From positions 90,458,001 through 90,522,000 of the forward strand of contig OX597822.1 of the NCBI GenBank assembly GCA_951406725.2: a DNA stretch of 64,000 nucleotides, written 5' to 3'. A model generated the notes under the pieces. That model saw only the letters and a program-made list of their open reading frames with translations, did no database searches and had not been told where the DNA came from. Shown one piece after another: positions 1 through 13,160 of the stretch (positions within the stretch are counted from its first letter, which is position 1; each line of letters begins with the position of its first letter). A program made the translations under genes and the position numbers. This stretch comes from Octopus vulgaris. Its lineage: Eukaryota.

Positions 1-299
1 ATCCTGTGTACCTCATACATGCTTACATTTTCCAAATGATGTTACCAGTTCACACAAAAACATTCTGACAAGCAAAACCTTTCATGTATTTTTTCTTCCC
101 ACCTCTTTTGCTGCTACTTCAATAGTTTCTGCTCGTTTGAATTTTCCCACATTCCTATTACTATAAATAAAACCTTTTTCTCATGTACTAAATACTTTGT
201 CCAAGCTTTCATTCCAAGAGCTTGGCTGTTTAGAAACCTTCTTGCTCACATTTTCTTAACAAGCTTCTTTATCAAGATGTTTGTTGATTCTTTGAGCTG

Positions 300-490
300 T
301 TTTTAAATGAAGCAGGAAAACTGACATGCAGGTCTCTCAGGTCCTTCGGGAGGATATTGAAGAGCTGTGGACCTCTGAAGCCCAGGCTATCACAGTATCT
401 TGTCCTACATCTTGATGGTAAATTTGGAGTCCTTGGCACTATGCAGTGGCACCCAGTTCTAATCTTTGTGTAGCTCTCGATGCCAGATCT
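300..490 (-). mobile_element. CR1-group LINE ORF2 3' fragment (intronic)
   Basis: ORF 272..523 peptide (RTGCHCIVPRTPNLPSRCRTRYCDSLGFRGPQLFNILP) is nearly identical to the ORF2 C-terminus of the LINE at 13950-14309. Confidence 0.85.
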
Positions 491-499
491 TTTCAGGGT

Positions 500-665
500 G
501 ATGGCCCTGCTCCGGCCTCTCACATCTACCCTACAATGTCATTCTAAAAATAAACAATCACATCATCAAAATCTCTAAGTTACAAGATAATGCATGATTA
601 ATTCAAAGCAGTGTGAATAAATAAGTATCACATTTGACAGAGTAATCTGAATGTTAAAGGGTTAA
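500..665. mobile_element. Partial piggyBac-type MITE
   Basis: Ends in ...AAAGGG|TTAA (TTAA 662-665). The body is the reverse complement of the MITE at 34305-34525. Confidence 0.7.
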
Positions 666-1429
666 AGAGTTTAATGTTCAGGACCATGTTAAGAATATTC
701 TCTTCAAATGTATCCAAAGGGTGATTATGTGGTGGAGATATACAGGCCCCAAAAGTTCTGCAGTATATTTTGCTTCTAAGAATCTTCCATTATTCTTGTC
801 AAAGTAGAAAGCCTACTATCTCACTCTAGCAATAAGGGCATTTATTTTTGTATAGCATCAATACTAGGTATGTCTTCCTGCTTGTTGTTGGTAAAGTTTT
901 GGGGAGATAATTTCAGATATTACTTGTCCAAGCTGAAACTTCTCTAGATTGGTGTTAGGTGAACTCACCAAAAAGGAGTATTAATATTAAATGTTATGCC
1001 CAAATGCACCACACTTTATCAGAATTTTTTTACTGTATCCAGTAAAACATTCTACTCCCAATCTTTACTGTGTAAGCAAAACATGGAAAGGTTTCTCTCC
1101 CCTGTGTTGTTCCCCATCATTAGCACCTCACTCACCTATTGCAACCCCTACCTCTTGTATCACTTCACTTATTCTTACCACCCCCAATATCCCTTCAGTG
1201 CATGTCTCGATACATGTTCAGCACCATCTTTCTCACTATTGCTCTCCTCATCTTACTCTCTCAAACATCTTTCTTTATCTTACTCTGTAACTTACTCTCC
1301 TTACTCTTCCATCTTAGGTATTTATAAATCTACTCTACAGCAGGACACCTATCCTTGTCCTGCTTTACCTTTGATCTCACAAGTAGCTCAATGCCACCGC
1401 CACTCAATACTACTTTCCCCCTCCCATCC

Positions 1430-1640
1430 AAGGAGTTTTGTCTTCCAAGTTGCTTGGTGACCCTATTGGTGCAGTTGCCACATAAAAAGCACCCAGTACT
1501 TGATTGGCATTAGAAAGGGTATCCAGGTGTACAAACCATACTAAAACAGACAATCTGGTGCCTGGTGCAGCTCGCAGCCATACCAGCTCCTGTCAAGCTG
1601 TCTAACCCATGCCGGAATGGAACATAGACATTAAATGATC
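1430..1640 (+). mobile_element. RTE 3'-UTR/tail-derived repeat
   Basis: Contains GCCACATAAAAAGCACCC...TTGGCATTAGAAAGGGTATCCAG...CCCATGCC...GACATTAAATGAT, matching the RTE tail at 27786-27960. Confidence 0.7.
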
Positions 1641-1689
1641 ACACACACACACACCTCTACCAGAAATCAGTTTGCCAAAACGAATAGGT

Positions 1690-3180
1690 CTTCTCAAGAA
1701 CTGCATATCACCAGTCATCCCGTTCCTATGTCCTTCACCAATTTGTCCCATGTCTTCCTCTTTCAATAGCCCCTCTTAAGTTATCATCACTTCTTTACAT
1801 AGCTGTCTTCTTCCATACATGTCACATGTTCATACCAGTGTAGTCTTTATCTTGCACATTGCATCTAATTCCTCTTACATTCAGTTTTTCTCTCAGTACA
1901 TTTGTGCTATACTATTCATGCACATAGCATTATACATCCAATGAAACATGCTAAATTCATGTCTTTTAGTTTTCTCAAGTCTTCTGCATTCAAGGCCCAT
2001 GTCTCACTACCATGCAACATTGCGCTTCTGACTCAAACATCATGCAGTTTGCTCTTCACTCTGAGGGAAAAGACTTTTGTTGTCAGCAGCAGTAGTAGCT
2101 CTGAACTTTCTCCAACCTGTTCTTCTGGCTACTATATTTTCAGAGCAACTATTTCCCTAGTTAAATACTTAACAAAAGCTATCAACTACTTCTAGTGAGC
2201 CATTCAGGCTTTTAAGAGAAACTATTTCAGGTGTGCTCCTAGTATGTACTACTCCAATATATCACATTTAAAGTTTAAGTTCTCAGATAGCTTGTCTATA
2301 ATTCCACTGCATTTTTTGTGTGTCCATAGCTTACATGGATAATGGAGTTTATACCTGCTCCTTTTCTGCATATCAAACAGGACCCCATCTCCCTGAAGTT
2401 ACTAGTGTCCTGTGTTCTTTTACTAAAAACCTTCATCTTTGCTAGGTTAACTTTAAGACCTCTTGAGTCTAGGTTAATTTTTCATACCTGGAATTTCTTA
2501 TAGATAGATTCAGCTATGAGAACTAGATCAGCAGCATATAGGAATTCTCATGGACATCCAGTCTGTAATGGGCCGAGGACTGAGTCTTGATGAACTCCTA
2601 CCATCACGTTAAATTTATCACTGAAATTAACTCATTTACTACACCTTGCTACATAGCTTGTACTGCCCTCAAATGCAATTCATTTACACTTAGTTTCCTC
2701 AAATGACTACCAAATTACTGAGTGTGGTATCCTGTCGAATGCTAGCCAAGTTTTTCCTCTGCAATTGCCTTCACTAGAAAGTTTGCATCTGTAGTTCCTC
2801 TGTCATGGACAAAGCCACAACAGCATCTCATCTAAATCTCAATCACAAATTAGTTGTGCTATGATTCTCTCTCTGACTTCAATAATCTGACCCAGTAGTT
2901 TGATTCCTCTATAGTTTCCTCTCTCTAAGACATCTTCTTTGCCTTTGCGGCAGTTTACAACAACCAGCTATGCTAGTTACAGGATGTGAAACTTACCTGT
3001 ATAACTTGATTAACTATCTAGATGGTAATTATATCCCTGATGGACCTGCAGCTTTCCCTCTCTTCACGTCCTTAATCGCTTTATTTACCATACTGCTGTC
3101 AGCTTGAATCTCTAGTCCCTCTGTAGGGTCATCATGAGGTAGCTCCTCTTTATCCTATGCATTCTTCACACTCAGCACCA
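1690..3180 (-). mobile_element. Degraded RTE-clade LINE (RT to C-terminal region)
   Basis: Colinear nucleotide similarity to the RTE at 28412-29810 (including the WE(F/L)LYA.DL region near 2525-2555), with many stops and frameshifts. Confidence 0.75.
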
Positions 3181-3994
3181 GCATCATTTAATGTCCATTT
3201 ATCATGCTTGCATGGGTTGGGTGGTTTGACAGGAGCCAACCAGTTTTGGCATGGTTTCTATGGCTGGATGCCTTTCCTAACACCAACCACTTCTCATAAT
3301 AGAATTTCTAAGCCATTTTATTGTATTTTGTATTGATAGCAAATTTGCTTTCATCATTCCAAATACATTTCTGACTATTGACTTCTCAGTTCACAATCCT
3401 GAATACTTCACACCTCTTATCCTCGCATTGCAGGTCATGTAAAAATCTCTCCCAGACTGCCTCACCTTTAGCCAAGTTACTTGTCATCTAGCTTCTCTGT
3501 GAGCCATTTACAAAAGCTCCTTAGTATTACCTTCCTTCCAAGTTTTCCAAGCCTATCTCTTACTCTTTACTACCATATCAACTGTGCCATTCCACCATCA
3601 TTTCACCTTCAGTTTGGCTGGGTTTTTCCCCATCCACATGTCTGATTTGTAGCCTTAAACAAGTTGTTTTGTAAAAAAAAGAAAAGAACCTGTTGCACAT
3701 ATTAATCATCTAGATATGATTAATACTTATAACAGTGGCTTATTGTGTTCACTCCCACCTCAATTCGCTATATTTTTCTCTTGGCAAAATTTAGCTTTTT
3801 GCATTATGGCATCATTATTTTGAGTAGTTTATTCTCTACCTTGCTTGTCTGTCTGTAGTAAATTCTTATTCTGATAATTCTAATCACCTTTACAATACTT
3901 TTGTGCTCAGCATCTGTTATATGTATTTGTACATTTATATATACACACACACATATATATATATAAAATTTCCCCCTTTTTTTTTTCTTTTCAG

Positions 3995-6900
3995 ATGCAT
4001 GTCTATCCCTGTGTCATTGCGTGCAATTCTTAACAAAGTTCTAGGACAGCTGAAAAAGACAATTCCTGGGGTGAATGACTCACATATGTTACATAATATG
4101 AACTTCTATTCCAAACACATGAGTAGCTTTATGTCAGTACATCATTCACGAGTTCAATCTGTTTCAAATGACTATCGATTTTCTCGAAATCATTTGAACT
4201 ATCCACATCGTTATGTAGCAGAAAAATACAAAAATAACTTGCCATACCTTGATCCTGCAAAGGCACCGCAAGAGCTGCTGGATGACATACGGGCAGATAA
4301 AGTGGCTCAGAACCCCCTGCTAGCAACTCTCCTTGATCAAGATACAGCAGCTGCATCTGATGTTCATAATAGTCCAATGTTGTCAAAATTGCTTGATGAT
4401 CATACAACAGCCACTGCTTGCATGACAAATCCAACAAAAGTCCGAAAAGGTAAAAAGCGGAGAGCTGCATCAGAAATAATTGGACGTAGTCCTAAACAAA
4501 AGCATATAGAAGATAACGACATGGTTGAAGATGATCATCGGTCACTGATCGAAATTGATTCAAGCAGCCCTAGTTTGTCCAGTGCACTAAGTAACATCAG
4601 TAGCCCTCCTGAACATACTTCAGGTTCTATGGTTACTATAGACTTAACTGAAAATGGATCCTTAAATAGGGATAATGGAGCTAAAAGATTTTCCAATAAC
4701 AACTCAAGTAGCTGCTTAAATAACCTTTCAGATAAATGTTTCACAAAATCACAAAATATGAAAGGAGAGATGGTGTCAATCATGTTAGAAGATATTAAAC
4801 CTGATGTGATAATTAAGAAAGAATCAGAAAAAAGTAACTGTTGTCATAATCTGAACAGTATGACAAAAAATGGTGTGTCTTCTCTGGAAGATCTCTTTAG
4901 TGATTCAGGCCAACCAATCAACCCTGATGAATTTACAAATAAAGCACAAATGTCTTCAAATGATTTTTTAGAAAATGGCACCCTGTCACGAACTAACTGT
5001 GAATTGCAAACTTCTACATATAGTGGAGAAACATTGGATTTTGGGAATGATCTCTTAAACCCTGTTAGTGTATATCCTGTTAATGATGATGAAGACATTT
5101 GCCTTGAAAAATGTGATAAAATAGCTTTTGGAACTGAAATTAATAATTTTGTTCTGGGAAAATCCAGTTTATTGAGTAACTCTTCTAGCAGTAATCTAGA
5201 AAAAAGTGGTCCTGGAAATTCTCGGCCAATTCCTATTCTAGAGAAACTTGGTGAGGATGTAAAAGGAGAAAGGGACCTTATAAAACACAAGAATTCCATA
5301 GAAAGTGAAGCAAAAGTATTGACTTCAAAAGAGGAAAGCAAATTAGATTGTTCTAACAATGTAATGAAAATACGCTTATGCACTCATGAGCCGAAGAAAT
5401 CAGAAAACTGGAATTTGGTGCAAGACCTCGAAGTATCAAATCCAGCAAAGGGAAAAGAGAGTTTTGAACTTAGGTGCAATGTTGAATCCAAAGATTTTCC
5501 AAATGATAGTTTTAATCGAACTCTTAAGAATAACTCACCTCTCCATAAACATAGTGTTAATGTGCGGAACAAAGAATATCACAATAGTGATACTAAAAGT
5601 GATAAATCAAAAAAGAAAGAGTCAAAGCACAATAGTGCAAATAATGATATTTCTGGAAAAAGGCGGAAAGAAGAGAGTAAAAAGGAAAGGAAGAAGCGCA
5701 AACAAGAAAAGAACGACGATTACTCGGAGATAGTACAGGGGGCTGTCTATCGATCTACACAAGTTGAATCGTCTTCTGACTCGAAGCCTATGCCGAAGTT
5801 AAAAATCACTAAAAGCTTCTTAAAATTATCTGTAGACAAGAAAGCATCAAATTTGACTGATTCTTCAAAACGTTCATTAGTTTCAATCAATGAAAAAGTT
5901 TCTTCAAAGTATGATTCTTCTACTTCTGAAAAGTGCTCAAGATATGAGCAAATGGATAAATTGACTGGCTCGTATTCTACTAGTCATTGTAGTAATTCAA
6001 GCAACAACAAAGAGTCGGAGAAGTGTCCCAAGCCTCACCGTGCCCCTCGCTCCTTAGCTTCATCATCACACAGCTCACAGAATATAACCGTCAACAAAGC
6101 AGATTCTAAGCTTATGACAAAAACACCTACAGTTAAATTAAAACCTTTAGTAATGCCAGTTACATCAGGTTCATCTGTAAATGTGAGCTCAGTTCGGACA
6201 CCTTCAGTGTATTCTAATGCTACTCCCTCAGGTAACAAAACAACTACAACCACTGTAGCTACCAGTACAATATTATCAACATCAGCTGTTTCTTCACTCT
6301 CTTCTACATCTCCAATTACACCTAGTGCCACACTGACTAGCCGTTCATTAACATCGAAAATGACGGCCTCTTCAATTGTCACCCAAAGTAGTGTAAACAA
6401 TACTTTGGCAAACAGCCCACACACAGAAAATAGTAATAGCAGTAATGTGTCTATATGTGCAACTACAGCTAGTAGTATTGGAAGTATTTCAAGCAGTTGT
6501 AGTAATTTCACAAACAATAGTAATAATAACCTAAATGTCTCCAGTTGCTGTAGTGTAAGCAGCAATAATAGTGGGAATAGTACTTCCAAAGAAATAAGCA
6601 ATGCCAAAAACATTTCTATTACTACTACCAGTACGACTACTACTAGTATTACTACTAGTACTACTACTACTACTACTATTACTACTACTACTTCTTCTTC
6701 TACTACCACTACTACTTCGATTACAACTTCTATTACTACGACAAATGCTGCTGCCCTTGGTACTAGCAGTACCAGCACCAGTAGTAGTGATAATAATTGT
6801 AGCAGCAGCAGCAGCAGCACCAGCTGCAGTAACCCCACTATTAATAATGTGAACACAAGTACTTGCCTCAACAAGACTAAAGCTGCTATCAGGTCTCGTA

Positions 6901-8594
6901 AAGGTTCATTATCAGCTGTGATTGATAAACTCACCAAGACAAGCACAACTAATGTTCATGTTAGTAGTGCTAACGATGGAGATATTTCTGCCAGATCAAA
7001 CCCTAAAGAAGTTACGCCAACAGACGGGGATGATGATGATGATGATGATGACGACGACGATGACGATGATGATGATGAATCATTTTCTGAAAAATTTGCA
7101 TCTAAGGCCATCACTACAATGACTTTAGTCGGTACATCATCAAAAGAACCACTCAATAGTAAGATAATTAACAAGGAAGTTCCAGTGTTATCGGAGAGCC
7201 GACATGAATCAATTGAAAAGAAAGAATTACGTTGCACTTCGAAACGAGACTGCCATTTATCAGTGAAAAGTGATCATTTAAGCAAAAGCACGGGCAGCAG
7301 TTGTAATAGCAGTAGTAGTTCTGGTGGTGGGGATGGTGGTGGTTACAGTAACAGCAGTAGTAGAACTAGTAGTATTAATAGTAATAATAGTTGTAGTAAT
7401 AGCAGTAGTAGTAGTAGTAGTAATAGTAGTAGTAGTAGTAGTAGTAACAGCAACAATAATAATAATAAGCAGCAGCTGTCAAACAAATCACATAAAGATT
7501 CTCGGTCAGCAACGTCTTCCACATCTAAAACACTTTCAAGAGAAAATGGATGTTACTCTGAGGACATACTTGAGTTATCTAGTCCTAGCCAAAGTCAATC
7601 TCCATTTTTGAATGAAACAATGAAGCTTGTTCAAAAGAAAGATGTGGAAGACCAATGCCTTGAATCACCTCAAAAATCAAATGAGAACAGTAAGGAAACC
7701 CCAAATGTTCATTCTAAATTATCAAGTGACTGGGATTGCTCCCAAGAGTCATCAAGATCTTCAGAGAATCTTGAAGTTGAAAACAAAGGTAGGTATATTT
7801 CAGAAAACAGCTCAAAACCTTGGAATAGGTTAGATTCAGTTGTAGAGGAGCCAGGGTGGTGTTCAAATAAACATTTAAATACTGCTAATGCAAATATAAA
7901 ACAGTCTTCTTCTGACAAAACATGTTTTGATAATTCCAATAGCAGTGGAGAACGTGACATTTTAGACAGAGTATTGAATAACTGCCGAGATTTAGACAGC
8001 AGTAATGCTCCCTTACGGACTGACTCAGGGACCAAAGTCCATACTTCCATCCGGAGAATTAAGGGACATTTACAAGATGCTAAGTTTAATGGTGAAAATG
8101 AATTTTCTAAAATATACGAATCACACGTCCATTCAGCGTTACGAAAAGATGAGGAAATTTCCTCGGGAGACTTTGAAAAACAAAAGGATTTTACAGGCAG
8201 TCAAGATGAAACATTAGTGCAAAAAAAAACCCTTTCTTCACTAAACCCAGTTAGCCCTGGCAGTGATGCCAGCAGTCCTGAAAATGGACTTATTATTGAC
8301 TATGCATCATCGCCTAAGAATTCCCAACTGCAGCATCAAGTGGTTGTAGCTCAACATCAAAAACACCCCCAAATACCAGCGATGTCATCATCAAAGGTTG
8401 ATATTTTCAAATCTCACGATAGTAAACATAAATTTTCTAGTAGGTCTCCTACACCATCACCAAGACAGAAAAATCCCCTTCCTCTTTCACCTTCAGGTGT
8501 GCGTGAAATAAGTTTACATTCAAACTCCACTTCAGTTTCCTCCAGTCCTATTGATAATGATCTTATGGATGAAGCATTAATGATAACCTACTAG
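3995..8594 (+). CDS. MED1: Mediator of RNA polymerase II transcription subunit 1, last coding exon (NR boxes plus long disordered C-terminus)
   Basis: Polypyrimidine tract and AG at 3993-3994, then (R)CMSIPVSLRAI (human RCMSIPVTMRAI). Also KVAQNPLLATLL and SPMLSKLL (the two LxxLL NR boxes), KGSLSAVIDKL (human PSLTAVIDKL) and terminal IDNDLMDEAL (human DDDLMDVAL). Stop TAG at 8592-8594. Upstream exons lie outside the window. Confidence 0.93.
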
Positions 8595-11500
8595 TAATTC
8601 TATAAAATTTTTCTTTATTAACATAAATATATGCTGGTGTGATGTTTAATAAATATTACACCTCCATATCTTCATGTATTTATAACACATATACAGACAC
8701 ATTAATATATATCAACTGTTTTTGTCTAAACACGTATTCAAATTTTAGTGTGTGTATCACTGGATGTTAATGCATTTAAATATGTCTATTTTCATATGTT
8801 ACTTAAATAGTTCTACATATGTTTATTGATATGTATGCATTGATCCTGACTTATTTGTCTGTGTGGTTGTGTCTGTCTGTGACTTATTTGGAGATTTTGT
8901 GGGAAGGGAGAAAACTGCTGCCACTTACATTCTACTTGTAAATTATAACTTCTCTTATCACTCCCCAAATTTCTGTGGAGTTAAACTGGGTTAATTTCTG
9001 AGAAACTTCAATCCAGCATATATAGTTGATGTTTGAATATCAATAAATATGATTAAATTGTTGTTAACAGTATTGACAAGAATTTCTTAACTAATTGATT
9101 GGTGTTTAAAGTGATTGTCAGAATACTAACAGCAGTTGATTAGTTGTATATTTGATTGAATGTCAGTGTCAGCAGCACTCTCCAAGTTAGGCAGTTTGTG
9201 TTTAAATGATTATAACAGTGTTAAGGATGGTTTTTCCATTTTCCTGTTAATAACACCCCTCCTCTTCACTCTTATATTTAATTAGCTTTGTCAAAAAACT
9301 TACTTTATATTTCTCTCTTCTATTGTTACTGTTATTTTTAAGCGCCCTCAAAATGGTTGTTGAAAAACATGTAAACACTCATGAGCTGTTAGTCTGTCTT
9401 ATTTCTTCAGTTTTAGAAATGTTACATAGATACTTTGCATTTTGTTTCTTTGAGAACAATCTTCATTTAAATTATTCCTTTTCATTCCATTATTAATGGG
9501 GTTTTTTAAGTAAGTAGTTGCCTTTTTTGCTAACCCTAAACAATCTGGGTTAACTGTACAAATATTATACTTAGGAATTTAATTTCACTTAATACCTTCA
9601 AATTCTGATTGTTTCCTAGCCAGCAAGGAGCTTTCGTGTGATTGCTCAACTTGTTAGAAATATCACACAAATTGCATCCTACTTAATTATGGAAAGATAA
9701 TGTAACATTTACATACCTCTAAAATAACTTGGATGGTCATTTTTTTTTCTTCTATATCTGGCTTTTCATTAATATTGCCAGTGTTGGTCACTTTAATTGT
9801 AACTTGAAAACATAGTAAATAATACTTCTGGTAAAACAGCCTGCATACAAGAAATAGTAGTGTCAGTAATATGTTTTTGAACTGCTAGATCAAAGCTGAT
9901 TTAGCTTTAAAAAAAACTCCTGATACTCTACAGATAGCATTGTGTATGATTTCTATATCATCTCATGGCTAGTTAGTTCAGATGGGTCCCTATTTTAAAA
10001 GTGTGAAGTTCTTTAGTTCATTTAGTGATCAGATTGAAAGTCAGGCTGTAACACTGTATACATCTTTATTGATTCACCCCATTGTGATATTAACATTGTT
10101 TTTAAATAAATTGCTAGCTCAAGAAATATGAAAAGGATTTTACTCATTAAAACATTATAAATCAAATATTTTTTAGTTGTAAAATGTCTTACCAGAGCTG
10201 TTCCTTTTTAGCTATTAAAATTAGGGATTTTATAATTTGAACTAAATCTAGATTATTGCAATTTTTTCAATCAGTTGTCATGAAAATATTCTTTGTAAAA
10301 TCTTTCCAAAATGGTAGTTTTATATGAGTGTACTTAAGTGCACACATACATTCTGATGCATAAATTTGTTATTTATTCCTATTAATCTTTCTTATAACTT
10401 TATTATTATTATTATTATTGTAATGGAAAGTATTATAATCTATTCTTTTTTACTTCTGTAAACTTTCTGAGATAGACTACAGCTAATCAGTTGGATATTT
10501 TTTATTTTTCCGTAATTTGTTCCTCACCCTGTGAATGCCATATTTACTTCTGTTGCATCATTTACACTCTAACTGCATCCTTACAGAATTATAAATGAAT
10601 TTCTTTTCTATATTGCTGGTGATAATGTACATTTGTATGTCTATACTGAAACATCGGTATGAAATTTAAAGATTTATCAAAGCTAAGAAATATTAATATT
10701 GACATGGAAAAGCATGCAATTTTTTCTAAATATAAAATGAAAAAGACAAATTTTGAAAAGAATATGTTTGTGATATAACATTTACAGTGAAGAATTTGGC
10801 AGAACTAAATCTGACCACATTTCTTCTACCTTAAAATGTCGTGATATAATGAATGAAAGGAAAAAAATATAAATATTAAGTTGTTTTTTTTTTTTTCTTC
10901 CTTTTGGTGGTGGGATATGTGTGTATATGTATGTGTGTGTGAGTGTGTGCTTGTGTGTGTGTTTTTATAGATTTGAGTATTATTACAGAGATTCTATTGG
11001 CAAACTTATTGATATTACCAGGTTGTGGGTGGTTAGAATAGCCATTTTTGTTATTTTTTGCATTATTCTCTTGTTCTTATTTTTGTTCAGTAACTTTAAC
11101 CAATTTTGGCTAACTAATTTTTTAACTTAATGATCATGTTCAAAATATATTTCATCTCTTGCAATCAATTAATGACAGCTACTGTAACATTGAACATTTA
11201 CAAAATAACTATTTAAAGTTAGATTTTATAATCATTATAATTGAGTTAAATTTAGTAATTTCTCTCTCTATCTCTCTCTTCTCTTTCTTCCTCTCCCCAC
11301 CCCCAAAGCTTGGCTATGAAGTTAAAGTAAAAAAAAAAAAAATTTTGAACTTTTTTAAATGCAATGTTTTTATTTTAATCCTGTGATGCCAACAGCAGAG
11401 TATGGTACTGTTGTGAAAAAAATTTATATATTTTTCTTTCTGTCTGATAAAATCCTTTTAAACACATTCTCAATCAACGGAAAGGATTAAGTATTGAGTA

Positions 11501-13160
11501 CTCTCTCAATCTTTTCCCTTCCATTCTCCTCCTCTGGGAACAGAATTTCACAAGTTGCTGCAGATTTTATTTGAGACAATTTAAATTAACTTTGGATTAT
11601 TATTTATTGTTTAAACAATAAAATAATTAGGTTAAAATATGATTACATTTTATTGCAGATATATAGATTAACCACTTTCAACTCTGAAACTTAGAAATTC
11701 TTGTTTTTCACCTATTTTCCTGTTATTTGTATATAGTCTGTGTTGCTGTTATTTATTATTTATTTATTTATTTGAAACAGCTAGAATTTTAATTGCTTCT
11801 ACAGGTAAATGCTGCTGGAATGCAATTGCAAATTTTAAGAAATAGTTATTTCATTGCTGAGAATTTTATTTCTGTCAACTTATATTTCATTTTTGTTTGC
11901 TGATAAAGATTCCTTTTTTTTTTTTTTGAAACCTCAAATTAACCCTCTTTCATCTTGTCCATATTTTCAAGCCATTTGAAGTTATGCTTCTTTGTTCATT
12001 GTCTTCAATGGAAAAGTCATTTTTATATCAAAAATTTTAACATACAAATTCAATTATTAAACTGAAGAGCTTTTTTTAAAAATTTATCAACCTTATTTTA
12101 ATTTTTTCTACACTTTCAAGCAAAATGCAGTCATGTTTCATTTGTAGAGTATTAATAATTTGACTGCTTTGAGCTGTTCAAATTTAATCTTAGATAAAAC
12201 AGTTTCATTCTTTATCAGATTCTACAAAAGTTTCAAACTTAGGTTTTTTTTACAAATTTAGTTATTTCTTTTCTGTATGCTTTTCCAATTTTCAGAAATA
12301 TGTGATAACCTGAATATTTGATTCCTGTTTAGCTTTTTAATGCTTCATGCATTAAATATGTTAATTATCAACTTATGTAATATATGAATGCAAGTTGAAT
12401 CACTTTAGTTTGACTACTTTTGAGTTTTCCTGATCCTTTACAGATATTTCTATCAAACTTCAAAGGTTGCTGATAAAAGGAAATATGTAAAAGAAACCAA
12501 TGAGGCATTTGTTTTGTCTATTATTAAGTTCATCCAGCACACATATCAAATAAATTTGATTTTTTTTTTCTTTTCATTGACTTTAGTTACCAATTTATGT
12601 TCTAGATTGAAATTCTTACCCTTATCAATAAATCGAAATTGTTCAGAAAGAGGAAGAAATAGGATTGAGATGATGCAAAAGTAACTCAACCTCAAAAAAC
12701 TGCAGTGATTGTAATAGTATTGCTGTTAGTAGTTATCCATATTCTGCTGGGAATTTTTCTTCTTATCATGAATACAACTCTACTATAAATACTATTACTG
12801 CAACTACTACTACCACTCCTCCTCCTACTACTACTATCACCACCACCACTACTACTACTACAACTACTACTATTACAACTACTTGGTATATATCAGATGT
12901 AATATTGTTGAAACTGTTTATCAATGTTTTTCTCTGTGCTAGATGATTGGTTTATTGAGTGATTGATTAAATTTACCAATAACCTATGTCTAACTCAAAT
13001 TAAATTATTGTACAGTTCCCTTGTACAGCTTTGTCCTTGTCCTGTACAGCATATAAAAATCTTACAAACACTTTTGCCTTGCTATTGTTTATTTAGACTC
13101 AAACTGCTTTGTTTTACATTGATGGAAATATTGTTAATTAAAAGCAATAAATTTAAATCA
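8595..13160 (+). other. Putative long MED1 3' UTR
   Basis: AT/U-rich, nearly TE-free stretch after the stop, with several AATAAA hexamers (e.g. near 13146). TE density jumps after ~13.3 kb. The end point is uncertain. Confidence 0.45.
12778..12882. repeat. Imperfect (ACT/ACC)n trinucleotide repeat
   Basis: Runs of actactact and accacc. Confidence 0.8.

Noticed and set aside
3903-3994. N-terminal 31 aa of the 1563-aa ORF as a true start
   Set aside because: GTG start running through a TA repeat and a polypyrimidine tract. MED1 homology begins right at the AG acceptor, so this part is intron.
6035-6946. 303-aa hydrophobic antisense ORF and other overlapping ORFs in MED1
   Set aside because: Shadow frames of Ser/Thr trinucleotide repeats.
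9075-9120. SECIS element suggested by tandem GA pairs in the UTR hairpin
   Set aside because: No 5' AUGA core or apical AA in the right geometry, and no in-frame TGA in the MED1 exon.
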